Below, piece after piece: positions 52,090-64,000 of a stretch of 64,000 nucleotides of DNA. The stretch lies in NCBI GenBank assembly GCA_001949185.1, contig BDGG01000015.1, positions 253,036-317,035 on the forward strand, in the 5' to 3' direction. Origin of the DNA: Ramazzottius varieornatus. Taxonomy: Eukaryota > Animalia > Tardigrada. The position numbers and the translations under genes were made by a program. The notes beneath the pieces are model-generated. The model had not been told where the DNA came from. It did not search any database and saw only the letters and a list, made by a program, of their open reading frames with translations. Every line of letters begins with the position of its first letter. The first letter of the stretch is position 1.

Positions 52090-53140
52090 GGCAAAAAGCT
52101 GGCCAATTTCCATGAGGTGCCTTTGTTGCCTGTTTTTTCACCTTAGGGCTCTTCAGAATTCGATAAGGATTTTCAAACTTTCCATCATATTACTTGTTCC
52201 TAGCTTTTCCGTCTTGCTCTGCCCACCCTGTTCTTCCGGGTTTTGTATATCAGAACCATTTAGGGTGGTCGCTTTTCCACGATTTCCGGCACTAGACCAG
52301 GCATGGCTGCCTTATGGTTTCGAGACGGTTTTGACCTGTAAGCTTATGGCCACGGTTGGAAGAGTTCACATGTTTGGGAACTAGATTCATCCGATATCAG
52401 CGGTACAACACATCTGTTCAGTCGGAGATTGTCGGTTCCATGACAGAACCGGATCCCTTCGGGCTCAAACCGCAGGGATACTCAGCCGGGCGACAAGTTC
52501 AACAGGCTAAACCGCCTCTGGTTTTCGGAACTGCGCCCTCATTTCAGAATAATTTGGCGCGATCATCCGATCTGGTCACCGTGATAAGAGGCCTTAACCG
52601 GCAGAGCGACAATATTGAAGTAAGAAGGGACACAAATTGTCATTGTAACGGGATACTGTAGCTTGTAAACGCAAAAGGCAGCTGTCGCACACCGTGAGCG
52701 CTCAATGAAAGCAAGACCCCATCCACGACTTTGACTGCGCAGCGGACAACCCAGCGATCTTGAAAAATTCACAGCCCAGTGTACTGCTACCTTTGCGCCC
52801 AATGCGAAGTGGAACAGTACGAAAGTGGGCTGCCAGGAAAAATTTTTCTACGACAAGGACGGCCAGACATGTAAAGTATGGCTGCTTAGTTTGGGAAAAA
52901 GAAGGATATCTTCCCTGATTGATGAAGCCTCGTTTATGATTGCACGGCGCTTTCACTTCCGGTTCCATCTGACGTCTCGACTTGAAGGGCTCTTGGTACT
53001 AGGCCTTTGCGAGTTTTCGTCCATCCTTCATTTCCGTACGGGTTCGTTTGACTTTCAGTGAAGAATGTGATCCGAACATGCCTTGATCACGCTGCTTATG
53101 AATAGGTGAAGCCCGGCAGCCTTTACGTGGACTCGATGCG
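52090..53140 (+). pseudogene. Ly6/quiver-like copy C (degraded)
   Basis: DCAADNP...AQCTATF...VGCQEKFFYDKDGQT and next exon KNVIRTCLDHAAYE*VKPGSL parallel copy A, with a frameshift and a stop. Confidence 0.55.
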
Positions 53141-54973
53141 TAGGCTATAAAGAAAAGAGCGCAACAGAGCGCAAATCGATATACGGCGGAGAACAAACTG
53201 GCTTTATACACTCCGGAGATCAGGCTATTAGGTTATGCGAAGAAAAATACTGATTCAAGGCTTAAACGAAAACGGAAGTTATGGTGGGGGGAAACTTATC
53301 GTATGGCTAGTCAAATGTTTTGGTGTGGCATTGTATGTGTGAAACAGTGATCAGCCGAGAGTTGTGCATGCTTTATGGGCTTGGCACAGGCAAGGCGATT
53401 TAAGGCAATGGACTTCGGGCACTGGACAATACTGCCAGAATTTAGCCGAAATCGGCCGGAGCTTACCCATAATTACCCGGAGTTTCATGTGTCAAATTGA
53501 GCTACCGCGGTGCATTTCGGAACGTCGTGGCACTGTTGGTACAACCTTTCTATAACCCAACAGGCCGTGCCGCAGCGAGCTCTTCGTCCTGTGGTGCTCG
53601 GGGAGTCGCAAGGTCTGTTGCCCGTGGTGGCACTTCGTTGTCTCGCGGAGCTGTTGTCACAAGGTCAGGGCGAGGGGATAGGGGAGAAAGCGGACCGATG
53701 AGCCACTCGAAGACCTACTCTCCGACCCGGGGTCGCTAGAGCATGGAAACTCACCGAACGGAAGGTGGGAAACTGCCGAACAGCACGATCAATCACCGGA
53801 GTAGGGAGGATCCCCTCAAGATGAAGGACCGACAAACCGAGTACCGCGGAAAACGATTCAGCGACTAAAAGTGTCACGGGCACGAATTGGCACTACTGGT
53901 AGTGAGGAACCATCGCGGAAGCGTGTGAAGTACGAGTCAACAAAGAGCGTAACCCGGTGCGAGGTGTGGGACTGTTTTACCAGGATAGATGACGAGACCC
54001 ATGGCCACCACTTTGCCACATCTTCCGCGAAGGAAGCGCAACAAAAGTCACTTCCCAAAGCTCACCATCCATTGTTGCTAGAAACCTGTTCTCCGTCAAG
54101 CCAACCTCCACCGCATCCGAACACGTGAACAGCTAGGGCCGCCATCTGATACCCTTCACCCGGACCTGTATGGAAGCAGACACCTTAAGGGCCTGCGTGT
54201 TCCTATAAAGCTGGATGAGACCCTCAGAGCTACCATCAGCGAACAACAGGGACTTCGACGAGCTGGGCGGTGAAGTAGATGAAGGTGTTGAGATGGATAT
54301 GGTATATTTGTTTGAGCCATTCTGAGGCGCTATATGTGCTACGGTTTTGAGTGCTACCAAACTTCTTCGCTCAGTGGCAAGGTCCCGTGGTTGGATGGTC
54401 TCAGCAAATGTGTGACGTAACGCCCAGTGCGGCCGTGCTTGCGAAGCGAGCGAAAGCGGCCCGTATCCAGCATTACCCGTAGTCTACCGCTTGAAATTCG
54501 CTGGCTGACGTCCGTTATCGCTTTCGGAGCCGCTTTACATCTCACGGCGTACCATGTAAAATCTGGCCACTGAGCGAAGAAGTTCGGTGCTATCCCCCCC
54601 CTCCCCCCCAGTCTGTCAAAGTCAGATGGAGATGTGTTGCGACTATAGTTGGCTTGTATTATTAGACCAATGTCCTCTTAGCAAAACAACACAAACATTC
54701 CCCCCAAACCACTAATCCAGAAACCCGCTCACCAACAGCGCCAATGATGAAGATCCGGCCGATGCGATAACGCTCATACTTTTGAGAAGTCTGCTGTATG
54801 GCAGAACTCTGTACAGGCCCGCGTCTGGTGCTGTAAGGGGAATGCCCATTAATTCGTGGTCCACTTTTTTCTTGCGGCTCTCATAGTTGACCATCGACTG
54901 CTTCCCATGAGTTTCCGTGACGAGTAACGACAGGTCTTGGACAGCGCAAAAGGATTTTTTTCATACAGCTAGC

Positions 54974-55246
54974 TGTAAAGCCTCCCACTGGCTTAACAAG
55001 AACTCTAAAAGGTCGGTCAATGAAGAAAGAATTAGGATCAAAAGAGAACTGACTGGGCAGAGTTTTCTTTATTAGTAATTCTAGGTCTCAAGAGAAGGAA
55101 AGGAAAAAAGAAGTCCCGACTGTTACTGAACAGTCGGTTTATATACTTTGACAGCGTCGCAGAAGGAAAGAGAAAGTTCTAGAAGTACGTGAAGTGTTCG
55201 TGCTGATTCAGCACGAGTGCTTTATTGCCGAGGTAAGCTCTTTACA
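54974..55246 (-). repeat. 3' LTR (273 bp) of the env-carrying retroelement
   Basis: Terminal inverted repeat TGTAAAG...CTTTACA. On the minus strand a purine-rich GAGGAGG precedes it, with TATATAA (~55140) then AATAAA (~55070) inside. Partner LTR not seen in the window. Confidence 0.7.
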
Positions 55247-56062
55247 GAGCCTCCTCGCGTAGTGCTCCATCGTTATTCTCAAGTATTGCCTTGTTGGCTG
55301 CGGTTTGGCCTTCGGTCGATGTTGGGTTGTCTTGAATGTGGACGATTTAATGGCCCACTAGAACTCAGTCGAATGCTCGAAGAACTCAGAGCACAGGTCG
55401 TGCCATTCAGGCACCATCGTCTCTCTTGGTTGAATGATGAGACAGGGTAGGAGGTATGTGTTGCTGGCCATAGCTTTGACTAGCTGTTGGCTTCGACGAA
55501 GTACGTGCGCCGGTCGCGCGTACTGAAGTAAATGGTAGTAACGCTCCGTGTAGTTGATATTAGGGTCTAGATCAAGGTGGCCTCTGTACTGTCTGAAGGT
55601 AGTGGAGCTGAAATCAAAATTATCCAGTGCTTCAGGAAGCCGTGCTGACATGATAGGCATCGCTTCCGGATAGACCACGTTGGTGACTGTACCGTCACAG
55701 AAGTAGTTGATGATGCTTGGATCAGTGCGGAACAGCTTGGCTTGACCCTGAGTGTGAAGATCGGAGTGTAGATGTCATACAGTGCCGTGATCCACGTGTT
55801 AGTGATGGCGATATCTTAGTGGTATAGTGTGCAGTACTGAGGGTACATCGGTATCTGCAACAGCGACATTTCGGAAATGGGTGGTTTCACGAAGGACTGA
55901 GTCGGTCTAAACTAGTGCACGCGTCGGTAGGATAGCCGAAAAGGGAAACCATTAGGAGGGTGAGTAGTAGTTGTCGGGGTGGGATGCCGGGGTTGGTTGA
56001 TCGTCCGGCAGTCGTTGATTGTCATTTGTTTAGCTCGGTAACTTCTTCGTTTAATTCATTGA

Positions 56063-58625
56063 TTAGCTTCCTTGCTGGCGGGTTCGGGGGGTTTTTAGCG
56101 TGGAGTTGTTGTAGATGGAGTTAGACTCGGTAAGATGGTACTGTTTTGGTTTCTTCTTAGGACAGCAGCATGTCAAACAGCTGCGCAGAATCTTCCAGCC
56201 ACAGCATTTAACTATAATCAGGCCTACGATGACAATCGGAGCTAAAACGAAGAGAACTATTTAGACGTTTCTGAGAGAAGACACGAATCTCTCGATTGCT
56301 CCTGAAATCCCTTCGCCGATTACTGCAACGGTGTTGGTCTGTTCGCTATCCTGTCGCTGAGCGTGAGTCATCGTGTCAATCAGGGAAAGGCTTCCGGAAT
56401 TTTCCATGATTGCTGATAGCTCGCCGAGAAGGTCAAAGTAGCTGCGATCAGATGGCTCGTGCCGATTGGCCAACGACTGCATTGCAGTCGAGTCAGCCTC
56501 CATCTTGAACATGGCTGCCAAGTGATCATGGCTAATGGATATCGTTTGTTTGGCCTTCTGCCAGTCATGAGCATCTTCTTTCCATTCCATTATTTGATCG
56601 CCAATTGTCGTAAAGAGGCCGCCGTGTAGGCGGGGAACGAAGGGACAGCCATCAAGACTTAGAGAGTTGAGGACGAACGGTTCCATTCCACACTTGGTCT
56701 TCTTAGCACCGACATCTGTGGTTACTTTCTGACACTGGTACAAAAGGGCTTGTGACGTTCCGTGTGCCGTGATAGAATGGCAATCGTTTAGACCGATCAG
56801 TTTTGCGGCACGGACCCCTGACTGCTTCGCCATCATGGACAGGAGGGCTGCTTTGTTGAGGCGGGATCGACAGTCCAAGTTGCGGATTTCATTATTCAGA
56901 ATGTTGGAAATCTGGACTTGGTTATCGCGTAGGTACTGTAGGTGTGATATCAGGGACTCTTGGCGAAGATCACCAGAGGCTGCATACGGGAATACTTCCG
57001 CCACGTCGGTATCGCTTGACTGGCGTAGTCGGTTCAGAAAGCCGACCTTGCTTTGTGCTCGCAATCCGGATTTTGATTGCTGCTGAGCTGGCTGAATAAA
57101 CGGTGGCTGAATATGTGGTAACACCAAGGGTAAAGCTACGGGTGGCTCAGGCTTACTTGGTGGGATAAATATATAGGCTCGTGTTGCGGTGGTAGTACTT
57201 GCATCTGCTTTGGTGCTTGCATGTAACGAGGGCCGTCGTGGAAGCTTTGATGACCGCGAGCGGATTTGCTGATTCTGTTACCGTCAGGATCATACTGTCT
57301 TCGGACATCTGCCCGGAACTGGGTTTCAGTCTCCAGGTTGTCCTGTTCTTTTGCAGCTGCTTCTGAAGGAGCCTTTCGTCTTCCGTTCGAGTCCATTTTA
57401 CTTGCAGTCGGCGCTACTCTAACCGGTCTTCGTACTCGGTTAGTGGTAGCATTTGCGACAATGCCTGTGGTTGCGGTCGCTGTGGCAGGTTGACAGGGAC
57501 CGGCACTGGTTGCGAAGTACTGGTAATGTTGATTGGTCGCTGGTTTATGACTTGCTCCGTCGTTAGGTTGATAATCGGTGGCATGACCATTTCCGGCATG
57601 ACTCGTGTGGGTTCGGAAATGTTGGTGGGGGTGCCTCCTCGCTGTTTTCTGAGTTGCCTCCGTTGAGCCTCTAGTCGTAGTTCGTACGGAGACTTGGGTT
57701 CAACCCATCTTGGACGGGAGGTTGGTTTTGTGCGAGGCTGTTGGGCTTGACGTTTGTATCGACTTGCGACCAGATCTAGGACGTCATCGTGCTCTTCTGA
57801 TGTGTAGGTGAAGTTGAGGAGGACGTCGGAGAATCCTTTGACGACGTGATGCATGTCGACGAGCGTAGTACAGTTAGTTCGCTGATTGTTGAGATAGGAT
57901 AAATTCAACTTGCTCAGTAGGGTCCCGTAGACGAAGATCGGTCTTTTCGAGTTTGTACATAGTACCAGAATCGTTGGCGACAAGCTGGTACTCGCATTCT
58001 TTCTTCTTGGGCGATTGGTCAATCGCGTTCCATATCACGGTCATGTGATTCTTGCTCTCATAACCTTTGTTGCGGTCGGCACCGAGTTCGAGATGATGGG
58101 GTCTTTCGAGATGAAACGAGATGATGGGGTCTTTCGGACCGTTCTAAGTGAGGACTGTATGTAGGTCAACAAGATAGTCCAGAGTTCTTCGTAGTGGTCA
58201 TCCAGGAGTATTCACGGGAAGGCTTACGTCTCGGAATTTGATAAGCGAACCATAGGGTTCCCGTTGCAGGAAAGCGTTTGAGCCGTTCGCTCACAGTCTG
58301 CATCAGAGAGATCGACTGGGCCGGACGAAGGTATCGTATCTGTGGCACCCCAGAAGGATTTTTAGGTTTCAATCTGTTGCAGCCTAGCTTTGCAGGTTGT
58401 TCCGATAAATTACTGGGCACCCTTTTTCATGGCGTAGATGGAATAGTTGACATGCCGTGGCTTGGGCTCTGCCGCCAGCTTTTCACATGTAGTATGGGTA
58501 GCTAAATCCAGAAGACCCAGAAGGTGTTGATTTTTGCAATTGCGATGTCTGCCTGAATAGTGAAGGCCGTAGGCAGCATGATGAAACACAGTACGAATAT
58601 GGGCCAAGCAGGGAGGTGGTGCATG
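56063..58625 (-). pseudogene. Envelope glycoprotein, herpes gB/class III fusogen-like
   Basis: Signal-like AWPIFVLCFIMLPTAF, Cys-containing ectodomain, furin site RYKR, helix LQYLRDNQVQISNILNNEIRNLDC, TM IVLFVLAPIVIVGLIIV and Cys-rich tail. Frameshifts and a TAA at 56261. Confidence 0.7.
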
Positions 58626-59031
58626 GCATTCATCTGGCGTGGTGGTTTTGTACGGGTTGATCGGCGAGCCCTTGCAGCCGACTTGGTTTGGTCCTGGAGG
58701 TCCTCGTCGGACTCTAAGATGTTGTCAGCGCTAAGGCCCGATAACAATCGGTTTCCGCGTTGTTTCTTGGTGCTTAGTACCTTGACCGCCTTGACCACAG
58801 ACGTCGTTTGCGGTTGAATTCCCTGTCCGGATTGGCTTGGGCTGCCCTCCCGCTCAGAGTCAGGAGGGTTTGCCAAGTTAGAAACGCTGCGGTACTTGCG
58901 TAGGATGGGAGGGTCTTCAAGTGTTTCCAACCTAGGTCGAGGAGTTGCTTCCCGAGTGGTGGCTGCTTGCGGTGTCACCGGGCGAGGATCAGGAATCCTG
59001 AGAGGAGGCGGCATGGCCTTGGATGCGATGT

Positions 59032-61571
59032 TCAACCTTCTTGGTGGGGTACAACTTGATCGCCTACTTTGAGCGGCGTTTCCTTAAAGAGGGCTAGTTG
59101 ATCCGTGTGATGCTTCGTGACGTTGATAGCAGGATATGTTGGACTCCGGATACACGATACAAACGTAGCGTTGTCCTTCTCGACCATCTGTTGATTGGGT
59201 AACTGATCACTAGGGACCAAGACTGGACTATTGGTCCCGGTCAGCTTGAGAAAGTCTGGCCAAGACAAGATGTAGTCGTATTTCTGTGGCATTAATTGCA
59301 GTACATGAGCTCTGCACCATGTAGATCTGTTGTAGGCTGAGATTTTGAGGTTGATGTGGCCTTCTATGATCATCGTTGCTCCCAAAATCTTGATGTGCTC
59401 GTCACGTTGCAGGAGGGGTAGCAAGGATAGCTGCTTGATAACATCCAAGGATACGCAAGTGACTGTGCTTCCGGAGTCGAGTAGGGCAAAGGCTGGGGTA
59501 CCTTCGATTTCTAGCTCTACAATAGCTGATTGACCGGAATCGGTCGAAATATAGTTCGACAGGACATCGGTAGCAGTGTTGCTGTCATCGGAGGTCATCA
59601 CAAGCATGGAAAATTGTTGTGGTGGCGCGTACGTCATCTGGTCGCGACGTGCTTGAGGTCCGGTAGAGGCTTTGTTGGGTCGGTCTGGATAACCGGAGCC
59701 GAAGTGTGGTCGGCCGCAGACGTAACAAGACACTGCACGGTTGGTTGGTCTAGACGTCGCAGTGAAAGTCCTTGCCGACTGACTGGCGGTATTTGTAGTA
59801 CCACCCGTAATGTTATTGTTACCCGGTCGTGTCTGTACTGTTTCTGTTGTGACCACCTCTTGGTACTGAGGTCTCGGCGTCTGGGATGTTGGTTTCGCGA
59901 TTACGGTTATTGTAACCACCGTTGTAACTGCTGTTGGACCTGTTGAATCCGTTGTCGTTGCGGTTGAAACCTCCACTGAAAGCATTTCTGTAGTTGTCTC
60001 TGTTACCGTTACCGCGGTATTCACCGTTTTTGGAGTTCCCACCATAACTCCGGTTGTTGTTACTGTTCTGGTACCGGTTGTAGTCGTTGTAACTTTGGTA
60101 TCCTCTGTTGGACTGGTTGCGGTATCCTCCTCGGAAACTGGCTTGTCCGTTGAAGGCGCCGTGATAGTTGTAGTTGCGGTTGATGTTACCGTTGTACCAC
60201 GTCCCGTTATTTTGCCGTTCGGGCGTGTAGACACGAGTCTGCACAACCTGTGCTGTTCGGTGCGGCATTGGGTCCGCTATGTCGTTAGGCATTTGTTGTT
60301 CCCTAAAGATTCGGGTTTGCTGCGACGTTTTCTTCTCTGCCTCGATGACTCGAGCAGTAATCTGCTTGAACTCCGCTGGAGTTTTAGGATTCAGGACTGC
60401 GACCAATTTGCGAACCCCCCAGGGAGGCCTCTGGCTAATTTATCTGCTATCTCCTCGTTAGTAAACTTTTTCTCATGTTTTGCAGTATGCCATACCGGTT
60501 CATGACTGCGTCGTAGTATTGATTGACGCTTTCGCCTGGCTGCGTATTGCGGCGATTCAACTTGGCTGTTCGAAAGGCGAGGGATCCGGCTGGTCGGAAC
60601 TCGGTCTTCAGATCTGCTTTCAGGCGCTCCCATGTTTCGTTATTGTGTGTTGGTCGGCGGTTCCACCAGGAATCCGCTGAGTTACGGAAGCGTAAGAACG
60701 CATGTTCCACCATGTCCCTCGCTGGGATACGTTGAAGCTTGCAAGCCGTCTCAAACTTCTTGATGAAAATACCGATTTCTTCGTCGTCATGGCCGTGGAA
60801 CAACGGCATTGGAATGTTGATTTTTGTGGCAGCTATAGCCTCGATGAGGGTATCGGCATCGAGCTTGACTTTCTTCGGTATTTCGTTGGCGTTGTCATCG
60901 TCGTCGTCCTGCTGTTCGGTCTTAACTTTATCGACAGCGTCTGTTTTGGGCAAATTGACGAACAGACCTTTCGCTTCGTCGTTTTGTTCACCTCTTTCTC
61001 CCCCTTTTTCATCATCGTGTCGTTCGATGTCGTCACTGTTGGCGTTCTTGGCCATTTCAATTTGTTGTTGTGCAGCTCTGGTGGTTTGAACGTGCTGGTT
61101 GTGGTGATGGTCTAGCAGATCAGCGTTGATCGTAGAAATTGGGTGGTCCTCGTCGGAGGCAGGTGAATTGATATGTCCTTTTAGTCGGCGGAAGGTGGAC
61201 GCAACAATTGACTTTGCGTACTCAGTTGCCAAGCTGTCGGTGGTAGCGGAAGAAGTAGTCGAAGTTGACGACTGTAACGTGTTATGGGCAGAGTTGAGTA
61301 GTGGCAACGTTGAGTCGTGATGATCAGATAGAGTAGGAAGTTCGGTATCCGTGTTAGTAGCGTGCTTATTTTTGACGACGGTTACTTCGAAACGTTCTTC
61401 TGTTTTTTGTGGTGACGTAGGGACTGACGAAGCGGTACGAGCTGTACCCTTTTCGGGCGATCCTGGTATTAATGCAGACTTCCTTGGCGGAATTACAATC
61501 AAAAAACGGTAAGATGATAATGAAGTGCAAGGCAGATTTGCAAACTGACAACCAGTCTTCGGCCAATCCAA
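59032..61571 (-). pseudogene. Retrotransposon gag + aspartic protease
   Basis: Capsid-like MPLFHGHDDEEIGIFIKKFE...ADSWW...TWERLKADLKTEF...QPGESVNQY, N/G/R/Y-rich region, decayed knuckle CYVCGRPH and protease ALLDSGST. Several frameshifts. Confidence 0.82.
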
Positions 61572-62222
61572 CCAGTATGCTACTGTGGTTAATTGTAAGG
61601 TACGAATATTTTGATGAAAAATTTCGGTTACTCGCGGGTCAGCTTATTATACGATAGAAAGGTCAGTTTGACGAAGGTAACACGGTAACGTATCAGCGTA
61701 GAATGCGCAAAGTAAGATACTGCTAATAGGAAAGTAAGACACTACTAGCAGGACAATAAAAATATTGCTATTGTGCGCGCATGCTATTGTATGCGCGAAA
61801 CCAAATTACCACGGTGGGTTACAGGTAGCAACGTATGGCCACGTTATAGACGCTCACGGTTTTGGTTACAACTATGGCTAGTTTCACGGTAGGCGGCTGT
61901 AAACGTGCACTCGTGTTCGGTTACAGCAACCACCGGCTACTGTACAAGGCAACGTTAGACGTGCGCGTGCTTCTACTTTTAGACCGTCAGTTACAAACAA
62001 CATAAGGCTACGCGAGGCGTGCACACGTGTACGCAAGAAGCTTTGTTCAAGAAAAAAATAAGATTGACGCCCGGACCTTCCTTAATTACGAAACGAACAC
62101 GGAAGTACTTGGGGTCAATGAAGGTAAACTGTCAAGGTAGGCGGATATACACAATTGCGTAAGCCATTTGCCCAGCCTTCGCACAGTCCCCAAACACTGA
62201 TCCCAAGCGAAGGCTGATTGAA

Positions 62223-63095
62223 CTAACCTGAGATTCGCAGCATAGCTTGGGTCAAGGACACCATATCTGGTCGGACGTATCGGTTTGAAACGTCGCTGCT
62301 CCATCTACCCATGGCCCTAATCTGTTCCATGGAGCATCCGGCTTTAGAAGCCGTCGAAGCCGCTCCTATCCGGAAACTATGAGAGGTAAAGCCATTCCCG
62401 AGAAAAGTTTGTAGCTCGCGATTGACACGTTGGCGAGTCAGGTAGCATCCATCATGGGAAATGAATAATGGTATATGCCTGGCTGAAGATCTGACTAGCA
62501 TATGAGCGTGAAGGGCTTGCACGGGACAAGTATCCGTTTGAGTTTTTGTTAGATAAATTGTTTTGCGATGCGTTTTATCTCGCCGCAAACATATTTGGAC
62601 CGAATCGCAGGATATTTGTAAGTCGTTCAGGACAAGGTTTGATTTGTCAAAACTTGTCTCCTTCGAACTGGTATACTCGGACACACGTAACATGCCGTAG
62701 AAGGCCATGGTAAAAGCCGACCAAAGCATCAGTTGGTCGTGTCGAAGAATGAGAGACCCGAATAGGTCAACTTTGAGCTGTCGTAAATGTTCTATTGTCA
62801 GAGGTTTTCTCTTGTATGTGTCGGGACGGGTTTGGTTGGTTAGACCTTTCAACATCATTGAGAGGTAATGGTCATTTCTACCAGGATCTTCGAAACCGTG
62901 CTCCAGTTGTTCTGAACGTACGCCGGCTACATAAACTGTCGCTGTTTTCCCGCTTAGCCCTTCGCTATCCAACCAGGAAACGAACCGTCTGATGGTTTGG
63001 CGATCCGTAGGGAGATAAGGGAGATGATGGCTCAAACAGAAAGAGCGAAATCGCTCAAATCCATGTCGGTAGCCTCTTCTGGTAGAGGTGGCCAA
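62223..63095 (-). CDS. DIRS/Ngaro-type tyrosine recombinase
   Basis: AFYGMLRVSE (R), DKT (K), CPV, HSFRIGAAS (HxxR) and GRWSSDVSNRY (W, Y); open frame of 290 codons. Confidence 0.9.
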   Translation of the reverse strand: MATSTRRGYRHGFERFRSFCLSHHLPYLPTDRQTIRRFVSWLDSEGLSGKTATVYVAGVRSEQLEHGFEDPGRNDHYLSMMLKGLTNQTRPDTYKRKPLTIEHLRQLKVDLFGSLILRHDQLMLWSAFTMAFYGMLRVSEYTSSKETSFDKSNLVLNDLQISCDSVQICLRRDKTHRKTIYLTKTQTDTCPVQALHAHMLVRSSARHIPLFISHDGCYLTRQRVNRELQTFLGNGFTSHSFRIGAASTASKAGCSMEQIRAMGRWSSDVSNRYVRPDMVSLTQAMLRISG

Positions 63096-63169
63096 TCGCT
63101 TACTGACGAGCTCTCGCGATCTTGCATCGAGTTCGAACAGTTTCCGGGTTCTGGCATGATCTCCCGCAA

Positions 63170-64000
63170 AAAATCGAGTTGAATGCCGAGGAAGGTGAGT
63201 TTAGTCGTAGGGCCCTCGGTTTCCTTTCGCTATGGGCACACCAAGGTGTGCACATAATGCTCGTATAGAAAATGGCACGCAGGTGACGAACTAGGTACAG
63301 CCCACCAGAAATCGTCGATGTAATGCAAAACGTCGAGCATTCCGCCAGTGGTCTTAATTTTCCAGTCGAGAATTTTGGAGAGATCATCGAAAAAACTAGG
63401 TGAAGATCGACACCCAAACGGCAGTACCGTATCGAAATAATATTTTCCATCGCTTATGTAAACAAGCAGATGCCAATCCTCTTTCGTGACTGGTATGAGT
63501 CTAAAGGCGCCCTTCAAATCCGTTTTCGCCATCAAACAGCCCTTTCCAAGTTTAAGACAAATATCAATGGCGTCGTCGACTGAACAGAAATCAAGGGTAT
63601 AATCTGTTTTCGAAGTGTAATCGTTGACTGACTTTCTGAAGGGTCTGGACAAGTCCATAATAAGGCGAACTCCGCCTAGTTTTTTGGGGCGTACACCCAT
63701 AGAGGAACAAATGAAGTTGAGAAAAGGCGGATGATTCAAAGGACCAACGGTGTGCTTTGCAGCGACCTCTTTGGCTACATAATCGCGTACGACCTCATGG
63801 TGTTCCCGAGCAGTTCGAGCGTTAGGTGTAATTTGAGTAACATCAGGGCCGGTATAACCCAGGCGAAAACCGTTGATAAGACCATTGACGAAATAATCAG
63901 CAAATTCGGAGTCGGGATATTCCTTCAGGGCACGAGCAAACCGTTCTGGTATCAGCGGGGTGTATGCTTTATCAGGAATTTCAACAGAAGTAAAATGATG
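63170..64000 (-). pseudogene. Ngaro/DIRS reverse transcriptase, C-terminally deleted; continues beyond the window
   Basis: RLIMDLS, SVND, MAKTDLKGAFRLIP, LPFGCRSSP, HYIDDF, then a frameshift and FLGIQLD, followed almost at once by the YR ORF with no RNase H. Confidence 0.88.

Larger units (their letters stand above)
54974..62080 (-). mobile_element. Ty3/gypsy-like LTR retroelement with gag, protease, env-like gene and extra ORF; RT/RNaseH/IN absent
   Basis: Collinear same-strand gag, PR, env, ORF and LTR. The 5' boundary is approximate. Confidence 0.75.

Noticed and set aside
53737-54060. Possible hAT end (TAGAGCATGG) with BED-like EVWDCF
   Set aside because: Only a short motif; no second TIR or TSD identified.
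54590-54610. C-run (G-run on minus strand) as a polypurine tract of a second LTR spanning ~53500-54590
   Set aside because: It is not followed by TG, and no matching terminus or partner LTR was found.
59600-60246. Thr-rich mucin-like stretch at the start of ORF 59032-60246
   Set aside because: It is an alternative frame of the N/G/R/Y-rich gag region produced by a frameshift.

Overview
Eukaryotic (invertebrate animal) genomic DNA with short GT-AG introns. It looks tardigrade-like, but the species cannot be established from the sequence alone. Bases 1-45 kb are gene-dense: the 3' part of a PP6 regulatory (SAPS) subunit, a short secreted-type ADAM10/17-like protease, an LC3/ATG8, PP6 catalytic subunit, THIK-type K2P channel, TBCB, an intron-containing actin pseudogene, an F-box gene plus a dead paralog, DNAJC28, DLAT and CUL2. 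These genes are interleaved with DNA transposons: Tc1 with introns, a Tc1-type MITE inserted into the ADAM stop codon, a hAT with a nested MULE derivative, a long-spacer DD85E (Sailor-like) element, a ULP1-carrying MULE, and about 18 copies of a mostly intronic hairpin MITE. Bases 45-64 kb are decayed: a Ly6/quiver-like tandem gene cluster, a LINE fragment, and an LTR retroelement with gag, protease, a herpes-gB-like (class III fusogen) env and an extra ORF but no RT or integrase. That element abuts a same-strand Ngaro/DIRS element (RT plus tyrosine recombinase) running off the window end. The env-bearing element is the most novel-looking system.
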